NCBI GenBank assembly: GCA_016186825.1
Contig: JACPKW010000004.1
Span: 196,237-256,829 of the forward strand
DNA: 60,593 bases
Reading direction: 5' to 3'
DNA from: Candidatus Giovannonibacteria bacterium
GTDB taxonomy: Bacteria; Patescibacteriota; Minisyncoccia; JACPKW01; UBA11713
Shown: piece after piece, positions 7,788-16,123 of the stretch
Layout: each line of letters starts with the position of its first letter
How positions within the stretch are numbered: position 1 is the first letter of the stretch
Translations under genes and position numbers: made by a program
Notes under the pieces: model-generated
Seen by the model: the letters and a program-made list of their open reading frames with translations, nothing else
The model's database searches: none
Told to the model about the DNA's origin: nothing

Positions 7788-8714
7788 GTGAGTGAAGTGA
7801 GATTTTGGAATGACTGTACCGCTTACAATCAAATTCGGAAAAATGCTGCTATCGTCGTTCTTAAGATCGAAGGAAGGTGGCGACTGTTTTACGAAGATGT
7901 CAAGCTCGAAAAAAGGGCTTTGCCTCTCATAGCATTTCTTAATCCTGAAGAGGAGAGAATAGTTTACGAGATTGGCTTTGCTCGTTTGAGTCCGTATCTT
8001 TCAGAACACAACGGGCATACCCGCAGAAGGCCTTATCTATGCAGGCGCAATCATTATCCCGCTCCTGTTTGCATGGATTTTGAAAAATGTCTGCGTTTTG
8101 TGCTGGCACTTGTAGTAGAGGCCAAAATGAGCGGGAAGAGCTCAAGATCTTATAGCTGGCATGATAAGGCCTACGGAGTCTCATTCATGAGACGAGGGAC
8201 AAGTTTTGAGTTCAAGGAAAAGAGCCATTGCCAGTATTGGCACGGCGTTCGTTTTTCAATTCATCCTTTGGATATCGACCTAGTGGAGTGGTTCAGGCAT
8301 GAGGAGATGTGGGGTGAATGGTGGCAAACGATAAGATTCCCGTGGTTTGAGGATAACGGGCTCGCTTGGCTTAGGAGTAAGAAAAAAGGGTATTTTTCAC
8401 TGCGCACCTTGCTCTGTCAAAAGGGATATGAAGGGTTTCGGAATGTTAACATCATGACGGCTTTTTGCTTGCGGTTAGATCTAAACAATCGGGAGCTGAT
8501 GTTTGATTTCCTCGAAACACACTATCCGTCCTTATGGACGGCTGTGGTCAATAATCTGAAGAAGACAGAGAGAATCGGCGCAAAAAACGGCAATCCAAGT
8601 CAGCATCTAAGCCTGGTAGAAGTGGGAAACAGGAGGAGAGGATCGAGAGTGTTCCAAGCGTTCAATAACAAAAGCATACCGCGAATTTTAAAGGATACTG
8701 CAATTTTCCAATAG
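7788..8714 (+). CDS. hypothetical Trp-rich protein
   Basis: ORF-track ORF 7653-8714 trimmed to in-frame GTG codons at 7788/7797 that follow GAGG. The upstream part overlaps the terminator. No family recognised. Confidence 0.45.
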   Translation: MSEVRFWNDCTAYNQIRKNAAIVVLKIEGRWRLFYEDVKLEKRALPLIAFLNPEEERIVYEIGFARLSPYLSEHNGHTRRRPYLCRRNHYPAPVCMDFEKCLRFVLALVVEAKMSGKSSRSYSWHDKAYGVSFMRRGTSFEFKEKSHCQYWHGVRFSIHPLDIDLVEWFRHEEMWGEWWQTIRFPWFEDNGLAWLRSKKKGYFSLRTLLCQKGYEGFRNVNIMTAFCLRLDLNNRELMFDFLETHYPSLWTAVVNNLKKTERIGAKNGNPSQHLSLVEVGNRRRGSRVFQAFNNKSIPRILKDTAIFQ

Positions 8715-8732
8715 GAAAGGAGGTAGGGCAAC

Positions 8733-10079
8733 ATGTCGAGTCCGGCAAAGATAGAGGAATCTAGTCCCGCTTTGCCGGAAAACGGTAAAGCCTTGGGTCC
8801 GGTTCGGAAAAAAAAGTTTGCTGTCCGGTTTGACGCAGAAGTCGCTTTTGAAGTTTTCTCAACGCTCGAGGATTGGTGGCGCGAGCGGCGGGGTTATCTT
8901 GCAAAAATCGTACCCCCGCACCATTATTATCTTCCCCGAGGCATAGAGAGAAATTCAACTGAACTATGCCGCTGGCTGTTTTTTATGGCAATTCCGATGC
9001 GCGGCGGGATTAACTCGGATGACGCGTTCAGATTTATGAAGGCCTTTTACGAATCTGCTCCCGAGTTTTTTGATCCTCATGTCGTGCAAAAGAAAAATCC
9101 GGATGAGATTATGTACGCCGTTAGAGCGGTTGCCGGTGCGATTCATAATGGCGGGAGCAAAGGCAGAAAAAAGGCCGGCACTTTTTCTTACAAAATGGAA
9201 GAACATGTGGCGGCCTGGATTGTAAATGCTCGAGTTCTTGTTGAGAGATGGGGCGGTGATGTGAGGAAGGTTTTTGAATCCGTCGCGGATTTTGAAGAAG
9301 CGTTTGCCCGTGTGGACTATGAACGAAATGAGTTTGGATTCATTGGAATGAGGAGAAAGATTTTTTCCCTCCTCACTTTGTGGATGCAGGATTTTCATAT
9401 GATTCACAAATTCCCAATGCCGCTCATTGTTGATTTTCACACAATCCGGATGCTCTTGCAGCACCGGATTTTGCAGACAGAGTACAAGATTCTGGGGCCG
9501 AACAATACTAAAAATCCTCTGCGTGTTCGGCCTGAAAGCATGTGGAATTACACGGCACTACGCGTCACTGAAAAACTGGTTGATCAAATCATCACGTGGT
9601 CCCAGAAATTCTGTGAGAAGAGAAATTTAGTTCCTTACGATGTGGCGCATGGCCTTTGGTACAACTCAAGACTTTTGTGCGCTTCATATTTAGGCAACAG
9701 ATCGAAGGAAAAAAAGCTAGATGATAATAGGCGAACAGTAACGGAGTTCCTCATCGACGCCGAGCCTCTAAAGACTCGCGCGGGCTGGCCAAAAGACTAT
9801 CGCGATCCCTGCAGGCACTGTCCGGTTGAAACAACATGCAAAGTAGCCATACCTTCCGGTCCGTATTTTGATTGGGGCGTAATGGTGAAAGCGGGAAAGC
9901 ATGTGCTCTTCCCCGGGCGGCAAAGAAGATTTGCCGGAATTAAATGGCGAGAGATGTCAGGGTCATTCAGGAGCACGAAAACGCGGCATTTTCGGTCGGC
10001 AACAAACGGGAATGGCAACGGAAAGGAGGAAAACGCCAAAGCTCACGAAGCTTTGCAGTTGCCATTCTACGAAGATTGA
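8733..10079 (+). CDS. hypothetical protein with EndoIII/HhH-GPD-like signature (possible DNA glycosylase fold)
   Basis: RBS AAAGGAGG. FIGMRRKIFSLLTLWM resembles the HhH GxG-K segment (Lys retained). PLIVDFHTIRMLL resembles the PVDTHV catalytic-Asp segment. C-terminal CRHCPVETTC resembles part of an Fe-S cluster loop. Function is tentative. Confidence 0.45.
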   Translation: MSSPAKIEESSPALPENGKALGPVRKKKFAVRFDAEVAFEVFSTLEDWWRERRGYLAKIVPPHHYYLPRGIERNSTELCRWLFFMAIPMRGGINSDDAFRFMKAFYESAPEFFDPHVVQKKNPDEIMYAVRAVAGAIHNGGSKGRKKAGTFSYKMEEHVAAWIVNARVLVERWGGDVRKVFESVADFEEAFARVDYERNEFGFIGMRRKIFSLLTLWMQDFHMIHKFPMPLIVDFHTIRMLLQHRILQTEYKILGPNNTKNPLRVRPESMWNYTALRVTEKLVDQIITWSQKFCEKRNLVPYDVAHGLWYNSRLLCASYLGNRSKEKKLDDNRRTVTEFLIDAEPLKTRAGWPKDYRDPCRHCPVETTCKVAIPSGPYFDWGVMVKAGKHVLFPGRQRRFAGIKWREMSGSFRSTKTRHFRSATNGNGNGKEENAKAHEALQLPFYED

Positions 10080-10112
10080 GGCCGCACCCATTCGGGGAGC
10101 GGCCTTTTTTCT
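10079..10112 (+). terminator. rho-independent terminator
   Basis: AGGCCGC-ACCCATTCGGGGA-GCGGCCT followed by TTTTTTCTTTC, overlapping the stop codon of 8733-10079. Confidence 0.75.
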
Positions 10113-10232
10113 TTCTAAATTTTTATATATAATCTGGGCGATATGAATAAGGGAAAAGGGAAAGTTTTTGTAGCAACATACACGAATCAGGATTTAAAGA
10201 TTCAAATGGTCGTCGGTCCGCTGAAATTTTCA

Positions 10233-10271
10233 CCCCGTTAGATAAGAAGCTATCTAACGGGGCAGGCGAAG
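10233..10271. repeat. short hairpin copy of the CCCCGTTAGA/TCTAACGGGG repeat family with GGGGCAGGCGAAG tail
   Basis: CCCCGTTAGATA-AGAAGC-TATCTAACGGGG is a perfect 12-bp hairpin. The tail GGGGCAGGCGAA recurs at 24276-24287. Confidence 0.85.
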
Positions 10272-10403
10272 TAAGAGGGGAGGAGATTAAGTGGTATTTT
10301 GCGAATGGCACACTTTTGTGTTATTCACGAAACGCAGAATATTGTTACCAATTATGCATACTTTACACACTGTACAATGCAAAAAAGGGATTTTTAGTAT
10401 AGT

Positions 10404-10437
10404 GTAGTGCACAAAAAGTCCCGATTTTGTGCACTAC
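10404..10437. other. 13-bp perfect hairpin in a long non-coding region
   Basis: GTAGTGCACAAAA-AGTCCCGA-TTTTGTGCACTAC read directly. A second palindrome ATAGTACAAAATTGTACTAT lies ~35 nt downstream. Confidence 0.8.
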
Positions 10438-10516
10438 AGTGATACAACTGGACAAAATCGGCTTTTCGCCAATAGTACAAAATTGTACTATTCCGGAAAC
10501 ACCAAGGAAGTAGTTG

Positions 10517-10546
10517 TTGACATATTGAGATGCTTTCGTATATAAT
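10517..10546 (+). promoter_or_regulatory. sigma70-like promoter for the Fic/methyltransferase operon
   Basis: TTGACA (10517-10522), 18-nt spacer, TATAAT (10541-10546), ~85 nt upstream of the Fic ATG. Confidence 0.5.
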
Positions 10547-10578
10547 TGGATATAGTTATCTATATAGCATCAAACCTG

Positions 10579-10616
10579 CCTGCCTACCCTGCCTGCCGGC
10601 AGGCAGGGTAGGCAGG
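10579..10616. repeat. perfect 38-nt GC-rich palindrome (family shared with 42460-42479)
   Basis: CCTGCCTACCCTGCCTGCC|GGCAGGCAGGGTAGGCAGG lies between the predicted promoter and the Fic start codon. The core CCTGCCTGCCGGCAGGCAGG is identical to the one at 42460-42479. Confidence 0.9.
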
Positions 10617-10629
10617 ATATATCAGAAAT

Positions 10630-11688
10630 ATGAGCGAAAACAGCTTCAACAAACGAATAAAATTAAGCCAGGAGATACTTGGCAAGATCGCTAAAATTGA
10701 CGAGTTCAAGGGTCTTTGGCATGGCAGTTTAAGGCTAAGCCCTCAAATTTTGGGTCGGCTTAAGTCATCGGTGATCATTACGTCTACCGGTGCCTCAACC
10801 CGTATAGAAGGATCGAAAATGAGCGACGAGGAAGTGGCTCGTCTTTTGCGTGGTCTGAAATCTAATCCTCCCAAGAATCGTGATGAGCAGGAAGTCGCCG
10901 GTTATGCCGATTTACTCGGAAGAGTTTTTGACCACTACCGCACGCTTAAATTGACCGAGAATAATATTTTGCATTTCCATAGCATTCTTTTGCAATTCTC
11001 TAACAAAGATCAATCGCATAAAGGCAAGTACAAGGACTCCGATAATGCGGTGGTTATGAAAAATGAGAAAGGAGAAGAGATTGTTCTGTTCAATCCGACT
11101 AAACCTTATTTAGTCAAGCCAGAAATGGAAGCGATTATTGACTGGACAAATCAGGAGCTCGAAAAGAAAGAACTCCACCCCGTGCTTATCATTGCTAACT
11201 TTGTCTTTGAATTTTTGGCTATTCACCCGTTTCTTGATGGCAACGGCCGTCTTAGCCGCGCCCTGACAAACTTGCTTTTGCTTCGCAACGATTATGCCTA
11301 TGTACCGTATGCTTCGCTTGATGAAATTATTGAGGAACGCAAGGACAGTTACTATCTCGCTCTCAGGGCAACGCAAAACAATCACAAAACAGAGAATGAA
11401 GATATTACGCCGTGGCTGAATTTCTTGCTTGATGCATTGCTGACTCAAGGCGATGTTGCTCGAAAACTGATGAATGCTGAACAGCCGGAAAAGCTTTTGT
11501 CCGAAAGACAAGAGCAGGTTTTCGCTATCCTAAAAGACGGCGAAACATTGGGCGTGGCAGAGATCGACAAACGTCTCAATGGTTCTGTGCCGCAGGTTAC
11601 AATCAAACAATCTCTCGCCAGATTGGTGGCTTTGCGTTTGGTTGAACGAGTCGGCCAAGGCAGGGGCGTGAGATATAAGAAAATATAA
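10630..11688 (+). CDS. Fic/DOC family protein with C-terminal winged-helix-like domain
   Basis: Canonical Fic motif HPFLDGNGRLSRALTNLLLL, a Fic_N-like N-terminus, and a C-terminal segment (GVAEIDKRL...LARLVALRLVERVGQGRGVRY) typical of wHTH. Confidence 0.85.
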   Translation: MSENSFNKRIKLSQEILGKIAKIDEFKGLWHGSLRLSPQILGRLKSSVIITSTGASTRIEGSKMSDEEVARLLRGLKSNPPKNRDEQEVAGYADLLGRVFDHYRTLKLTENNILHFHSILLQFSNKDQSHKGKYKDSDNAVVMKNEKGEEIVLFNPTKPYLVKPEMEAIIDWTNQELEKKELHPVLIIANFVFEFLAIHPFLDGNGRLSRALTNLLLLRNDYAYVPYASLDEIIEERKDSYYLALRATQNNHKTENEDITPWLNFLLDALLTQGDVARKLMNAEQPEKLLSERQEQVFAILKDGETLGVAEIDKRLNGSVPQVTIKQSLARLVALRLVERVGQGRGVRYKKI

Positions 11689-11694
11689 AACTAT

Positions 11695-11886
11695 ATGTCA
11701 GGGGAAATCGCCAACAAAACTAAACAGGAAACTTACTACAGATGCACTCATTGCGGAGATGAGATTTTTTGGAATACTTATAAAAAGTTTACCCACTGCA
11801 AGTGCAGGAAAATTTGGGTAGATAGTTGTGAGGATTACATTCGGATTGGTGGCAAAGAAGAAGACCGTAAGGTGATCAAAAAATAA
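11695..11886 (+). CDS. small Cys-rich (zinc-ribbon-like) protein
   Basis: 63 aa with CTHC...HCKC...C spacing. Sits 6 nt after the Fic stop and 4 nt before the methyltransferase start, which implies co-translation in the operon. Confidence 0.5.
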   Translation: MSGEIANKTKQETYYRCTHCGDEIFWNTYKKFTHCKCRKIWVDSCEDYIRIGGKEEDRKVIKK

Positions 11887-11890
11887 ATTT

Positions 11891-13000
11891 ATGGCAAACG
11901 AATTTCTTACAAACGCAAAAAAGGTGAAAAACGACGAGTTTTATACTCAGTACAGCGATATTCAGAAAGAGATTGAGGCGTATTTGGAATACAACAAAAA
12001 CGCATTTCGCGGCAAGGTTGTGTATTGCAACTGCGACGATCCGTTCGAGAGCAATTTTTTTCGCTATTTCGTACTCAATTTCAATAAACTTGGATTGAAA
12101 CGACTTATCACCACCAGTTACAAACCCTCGCCGGTAGCCAACACGCAACTAGGACTGTTTGGCGACGACAAGACTCTTACTAAATCAATAGGCCGTCCGA
12201 AAGTAACTGCTAATAAATTTATTATCAATGAAGTGAAAGACATAGATGGCGATGGCGAGTTCAATTTGAAGGATGTTGCTAAGCAGTTGAAGGCAAACAA
12301 AAACAATGAATGGACGCCGCTTGACGGCGACGGCGATTTTCGTAGCGAGGAATCAGTCGATCTACTGAAACAATCCGACATTGCAGTAACCAATCCGCCA
12401 TTTAGCCTATTTCGCGAGTATATAAAACAACTTGTTGATTACGATAAAAAGTTTTTGATCATTGGCAACATGAACGCTATTACCTACAAAGAAGTCTTTC
12501 CGTTACTTAGAGATAACAAAGTTTGGTTAGGTAATAACTATAAAGTCAATGCCGGCGCGATGTTTTTTGAGATACCAGAAAAAATTGCCAATTTGGAGCA
12601 AGTCCGTGAGGTTAAGACAAATGAGAGTGGCAAGAAGGTTTATATTACACGAGTGCAAGGCATTCGTTGGTTTACTAATCTTGATCACGGCCGACGTCAT
12701 GAGCCGCTTCAGCTTATGACCGAAAAAGAAGTGATAAAGTTTACAACGAAAAAACCTTTTGAAAAATATGATAACTACGATGCAATAGAGGTTTCGTTAG
12801 TTAAAAATATTCCGAGTGATTATAAAGGTGTCATGGGCGTACCAGTTAGTTTTTTAGATAGTTACAACCCTGATCAATTCGAAATTTTAGGCTCGAATCG
12901 TGGAGTTGACCAAGACCCAAATAAAATATATGGCAAAGGCTCTTATTTAAATGGGAAAGAGGTCTATAAAAGGTTATTTATCAAACATAGAAAAAAATAA
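11891..13000 (+). CDS. N6-adenine DNA methyltransferase (EcoRI-methylase-like family)
   Basis: Motif [11 protein letters not shown]. The N-terminal [15 protein letters not shown]...[18 protein letters not shown] pattern recalls Pfam EcoRI_methylase-type enzymes. Confidence 0.75.
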   Translation: MANEFLTNAKKVKNDEFYTQYSDIQKEIEAYLEYNKNAFRGKVVYCNCDDPFESNFFRYFVLNFNKLGLKRLITTSYKPSPVANTQLGLFGDDKTLTKSIGRPKVTANKFIINEVKDIDGDGEFNLKDVAKQLKANKNNEWTPLDGDGDFRSEESVDLLKQSDIAVTNPPFSLFREYIKQLVDYDKKFLIIGNMNAITYKEVFPLLRDNKVWLGNNYKVNAGAMFFEIPEKIANLEQVREVKTNESGKKVYITRVQGIRWFTNLDHGRRHEPLQLMTEKEVIKFTTKKPFEKYDNYDAIEVSLVKNIPSDYKGVMGVPVSFLDSYNPDQFEILGSNRGVDQDPNKIYGKGSYLNGKEVYKRLFIKHRKK

Positions 13001-13001
13001 T

Positions 13002-14171
13002 ATGAAAACAATTTTAACAACCAACATAACTGTTCAAGAAATCTGTGACGGATTTGTCTATAACGAACTTGAGGGCAAGGGTTTGTTTGGCTTGTCTGGT
13101 AAGCTCACCATTCAACCGGAGTATCAGCGAAACTATATTTATGCCTCTGACGGAGGAAAAAGAGAAATGGCCGTTATTGAATCAGTCCTCAAGGGATACC
13201 CGATAGGATTGATTTATTTCAACAAAGTTTCTGACGATAATCTAGAAGTTTTAGACGGACAACAGCGTATTACCAGTCTTGGGCGGTTTGTAACTGACAA
13301 ATTTGCCGTCAAAGACGAAAACGGTAATGAACAATATTTTGGTGGTATGGCAAAAGACAAGAAAACCAAAATTCTGGAAACGAAATTGCTCATTTATGAA
13401 TGTGAAGGAACGGAAAGCCAAATAAAAGAATGGTTCAGAACCATAAATATTGCTGGTGTTCCGCTCAATAATCAGGAATTACTTAACGCCGTATATTCTG
13501 GCCCGTTCGTAACTAGAGCCAAAGAGGAGTTCAGTAATAGTCAAAACGCCAATATTCAAAAATGGAGTGCGTATGTTTCCGGTAGTGCGAACCGACAGGA
13601 ATTTTTGGAATGTGCTCTTGATTGGGTAAGCAAAGGCAATATTGGCGATTACATGAGCAAACATCGCAAAGACAAAAATATTGATGAGTTGAAAAAATAT
13701 TTTAACACCGTCATTGATTGGGTATCTAGCATATTTACTGACGTAGAAAGCGAAATGCGCGGGCTTGAATGGGGACGACTTTACAAGGAATATCACAAAA
13801 AATCTTATAATCTAGCTAAAGTATCAGCCGAGGTGCGTAAGCTCTATGGCGATCCGTACATCAAAAATCGCAAAGGCATTTTTGAGTATATTCTAGGCGG
13901 TTCAACTGACACAAAATTACTTGAGGTTCGAGTTTTTGATGAAGCGACTAAAAGATCTACTTACGAATTACAAACCGCCAAAGCAAAGAAAAAAGAAGAA
14001 TCAAATTGTTCTCTCTGTGCCGTCGGCCACGATGCGAACAAGGGAAAGATTTGGAGTTTTGGTGAAATGGAAGCCGATCATGTATCAGCTTGGAGCAAGG
14101 GTGGCAAAACAACTGCCAAAAATTGTGAGATGTTGTGCAAAACGCACAATCGAGCAAAGGGTAATCGGTAA
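13002..14171 (+). CDS. DUF262 (GmrSD N-terminal/ParB-like) plus HNH endonuclease fusion
   Basis: DUF262 motifs [11 protein letters not shown] and [14 protein letters not shown]-terminal HNH is CSLC...[34 protein letters not shown] at 13002 lies 1 nt after the methyltransferase stop; the ORF-track upstream extension overlaps the methyltransferase. Confidence 0.8.
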   Translation: MKTILTTNITVQEICDGFVYNELEGKGLFGLSGKLTIQPEYQRNYIYASDGGKREMAVIESVLKGYPIGLIYFNKVSDDNLEVLDGQQRITSLGRFVTDKFAVKDENGNEQYFGGMAKDKKTKILETKLLIYECEGTESQIKEWFRTINIAGVPLNNQELLNAVYSGPFVTRAKEEFSNSQNANIQKWSAYVSGSANRQEFLECALDWVSKGNIGDYMSKHRKDKNIDELKKYFNTVIDWVSSIFTDVESEMRGLEWGRLYKEYHKKSYNLAKVSAEVRKLYGDPYIKNRKGIFEYILGGSTDTKLLEVRVFDEATKRSTYELQTAKAKKKEESNCSLCAVGHDANKGKIWSFGEMEADHVSAWSKGGKTTAKNCEMLCKTHNRAKGNR

Positions 14172-14286
14172 TGCAAACAAGATCACTGAACTGGGAGAAG
14201 TGCGAGCGTGATGATTGGAGTGTGTGGGATGAGGTAAGGTTTTGAGTCACCGAAGCTTGTCTAGAAAATGATAATGAATATGCAAT

Positions 14287-16119
14287 ATGAAGCTCACAGA
14301 AATATCAATTGAAAATTTTAGATCAATTACATCCATTAAGAATGTAAAGATTTTTCCTACCCAAGCACTTCTTGGCGAAAATAATGCTGGAAAATCAAAT
14401 GTCCTATATGCGATTGATGCCTATTTATCGGCTGGTTCAGGTGGTATCAACGAGAGTGACTTTCAGGATAAAACAAAGCCCATAATTATTGCGGCTAAAT
14501 TTTCTTTGGCCTCGCCAAACTTAAAGAAAATCTGGCGGCCGTACATGATAAATGATGAGTTGATTCTTGAAAAACATATCTGGATTGAAGAAGACGCGCG
14601 CACTAATAAAGAAACAATTAAAAACGAATTTCACGGTTACCAAGCTGAACCGAAACAGTGGTTTTTATCTATCAAGAAAATTAAGGAACAAAAAGGAGAT
14701 CGGCCAAAATGGAAAGATATCGTTTCTGAGAATAGCTTACCGGATTACTTTTTAAATAATGACAGCTGTACAAAAGACGACTATGGCAAAGGATTAGAGA
14801 AATATTTTCAAGAAAACGATATTGAATACGATGAACCAGATTTAAGTGCGACGCAAGCTCTCGGTTTTCAGAGTAAAGCAATTTCTAATCTACCCAAATT
14901 TTATCTTTTAAGAGCTGAGACAAATTATTCTGATGAGACAGACAAGCGGTCGTCAACATCTACTTTTAGAAAGTTAATGGCTGATCTCACAGATCGGATC
15001 ATCAAAAACGATCCAAAATATCAAAAAATTGAAGATGCACTTAAGACAGTAAACAACTTACTTAATGAGACAAAGACTGAATCAACCGAAAGCAATGGAC
15101 GTCTAGATAGTCTTGCAACTATTGAAGACAGCATCAAAAAGATTTTGTGTAATTTGATGCCATCGGTAGAAAAAGTAAAACTAAAAGTTGCAACGGAAGA
15201 TGTTACGGCAATATTTTCTAAAGGTGTAGAAATAACAGTCGACGATGGTGTCGAAACAGACGTCTTATTAAAAGGACATGGCCTGCAAAGATGTATTATT
15301 TTTTCTCTACTACAGGCTTTGATTTTAAATGAAAGAAATCAGCTCGTATCATCTGAAGGAATAGAAGAATTAAATCATCCAATTATCCTTGGCATTGAGG
15401 AACCAGAGCTTTATATTCATCCACAATTAGGAAAGTTGTTTTATGATGTTTTAAACTCCTTTGCAGACAAAGACCAAGTGATATATACGACCCACTCTCC
15501 GCGTTTTATAGACGTGTATAAATATGATTCTATAGCGTTAATTAAAAAAACCAAATCGGAAGGAACAAAATTTATTAATTGTGACCAGACCGCTTTTGAT
15601 GGATTGATTGATAGAAAAGTTTTTCAAGGACTAACACAACTAAATACTGATGTGAATGAGCTATTCTTTGCAAAGAATGTTCTTGTGGTCGAGGGTCCTG
15701 AAGACAAAATTGCTATCACGGAGACCATAAGGAAGCTCGGCAAAATAAAAATGAGAATTGAAGAAGTAGACGTTACAATTATTGCGGCTGGTGGCAAACA
15801 ATCAATCCCATTTTTTGTTCGTGTACTAAATGCATTTAAAATTAACTATGCGGTTTTGCACGATCTTGATATTGAAGAAGGAATGCCTATAGATTCAAAA
15901 AACACGGAAGAAAGTAGAAACAAAACTATTGCAGACTTAGCACCTCAAAAAGTTATTACTTTCCCTATAAAACTAGAAAACACTCTCGGACTTGAAAAGG
16001 GTCACTTAAAAGATCAGTACGAGGCATTGTCCTATTTTTCCGATCATTCAAATATTAACTCCGATCTAGAGAATATTATTAAGCAAGCGACCAGTTTAGT
16101 CGGGATTAAATTTGAATAA
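14287..16119 (+). CDS. OLD-family nuclease (ABC-type ATPase plus Toprim)
   Basis: IENFRSI...GENNAGKSN (Walker A), ILGIEEPELYIHPQ (Walker B/D-loop), TTHSP (H-loop), and C-terminal Toprim LVVEGPEDKIAI ... AVLHDLD. Confidence 0.8.
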   Translation: MKLTEISIENFRSITSIKNVKIFPTQALLGENNAGKSNVLYAIDAYLSAGSGGINESDFQDKTKPIIIAAKFSLASPNLKKIWRPYMINDELILEKHIWIEEDARTNKETIKNEFHGYQAEPKQWFLSIKKIKEQKGDRPKWKDIVSENSLPDYFLNNDSCTKDDYGKGLEKYFQENDIEYDEPDLSATQALGFQSKAISNLPKFYLLRAETNYSDETDKRSSTSTFRKLMADLTDRIIKNDPKYQKIEDALKTVNNLLNETKTESTESNGRLDSLATIEDSIKKILCNLMPSVEKVKLKVATEDVTAIFSKGVEITVDDGVETDVLLKGHGLQRCIIFSLLQALILNERNQLVSSEGIEELNHPIILGIEEPELYIHPQLGKLFYDVLNSFADKDQVIYTTHSPRFIDVYKYDSIALIKKTKSEGTKFINCDQTAFDGLIDRKVFQGLTQLNTDVNELFFAKNVLVVEGPEDKIAITETIRKLGKIKMRIEEVDVTIIAAGGKQSIPFFVRVLNAFKINYAVLHDLDIEEGMPIDSKNTEESRNKTIADLAPQKVITFPIKLENTLGLEKGHLKDQYEALSYFSDHSNINSDLENIIKQATSLVGIKFE

Positions 16120-16123
16120 ATTT

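Noticed and set aside
8964-9464. 166-aa minus-strand ORF inside 8733-10079
   Set aside because: It is a shadow ORF of the longer plus-strand gene, which has a strong AAAGGAGG RBS and a terminator.
11883-11898. 16-nt identity ATAAATTTATGGCAAA at the starts of the methyltransferase (11883) and DUF2130-like (16115) genes
   Set aside because: It is short, AT-rich and spans a stop/start junction in both cases. It is probably a chance similarity of translation-initiation regions rather than a repeat element.
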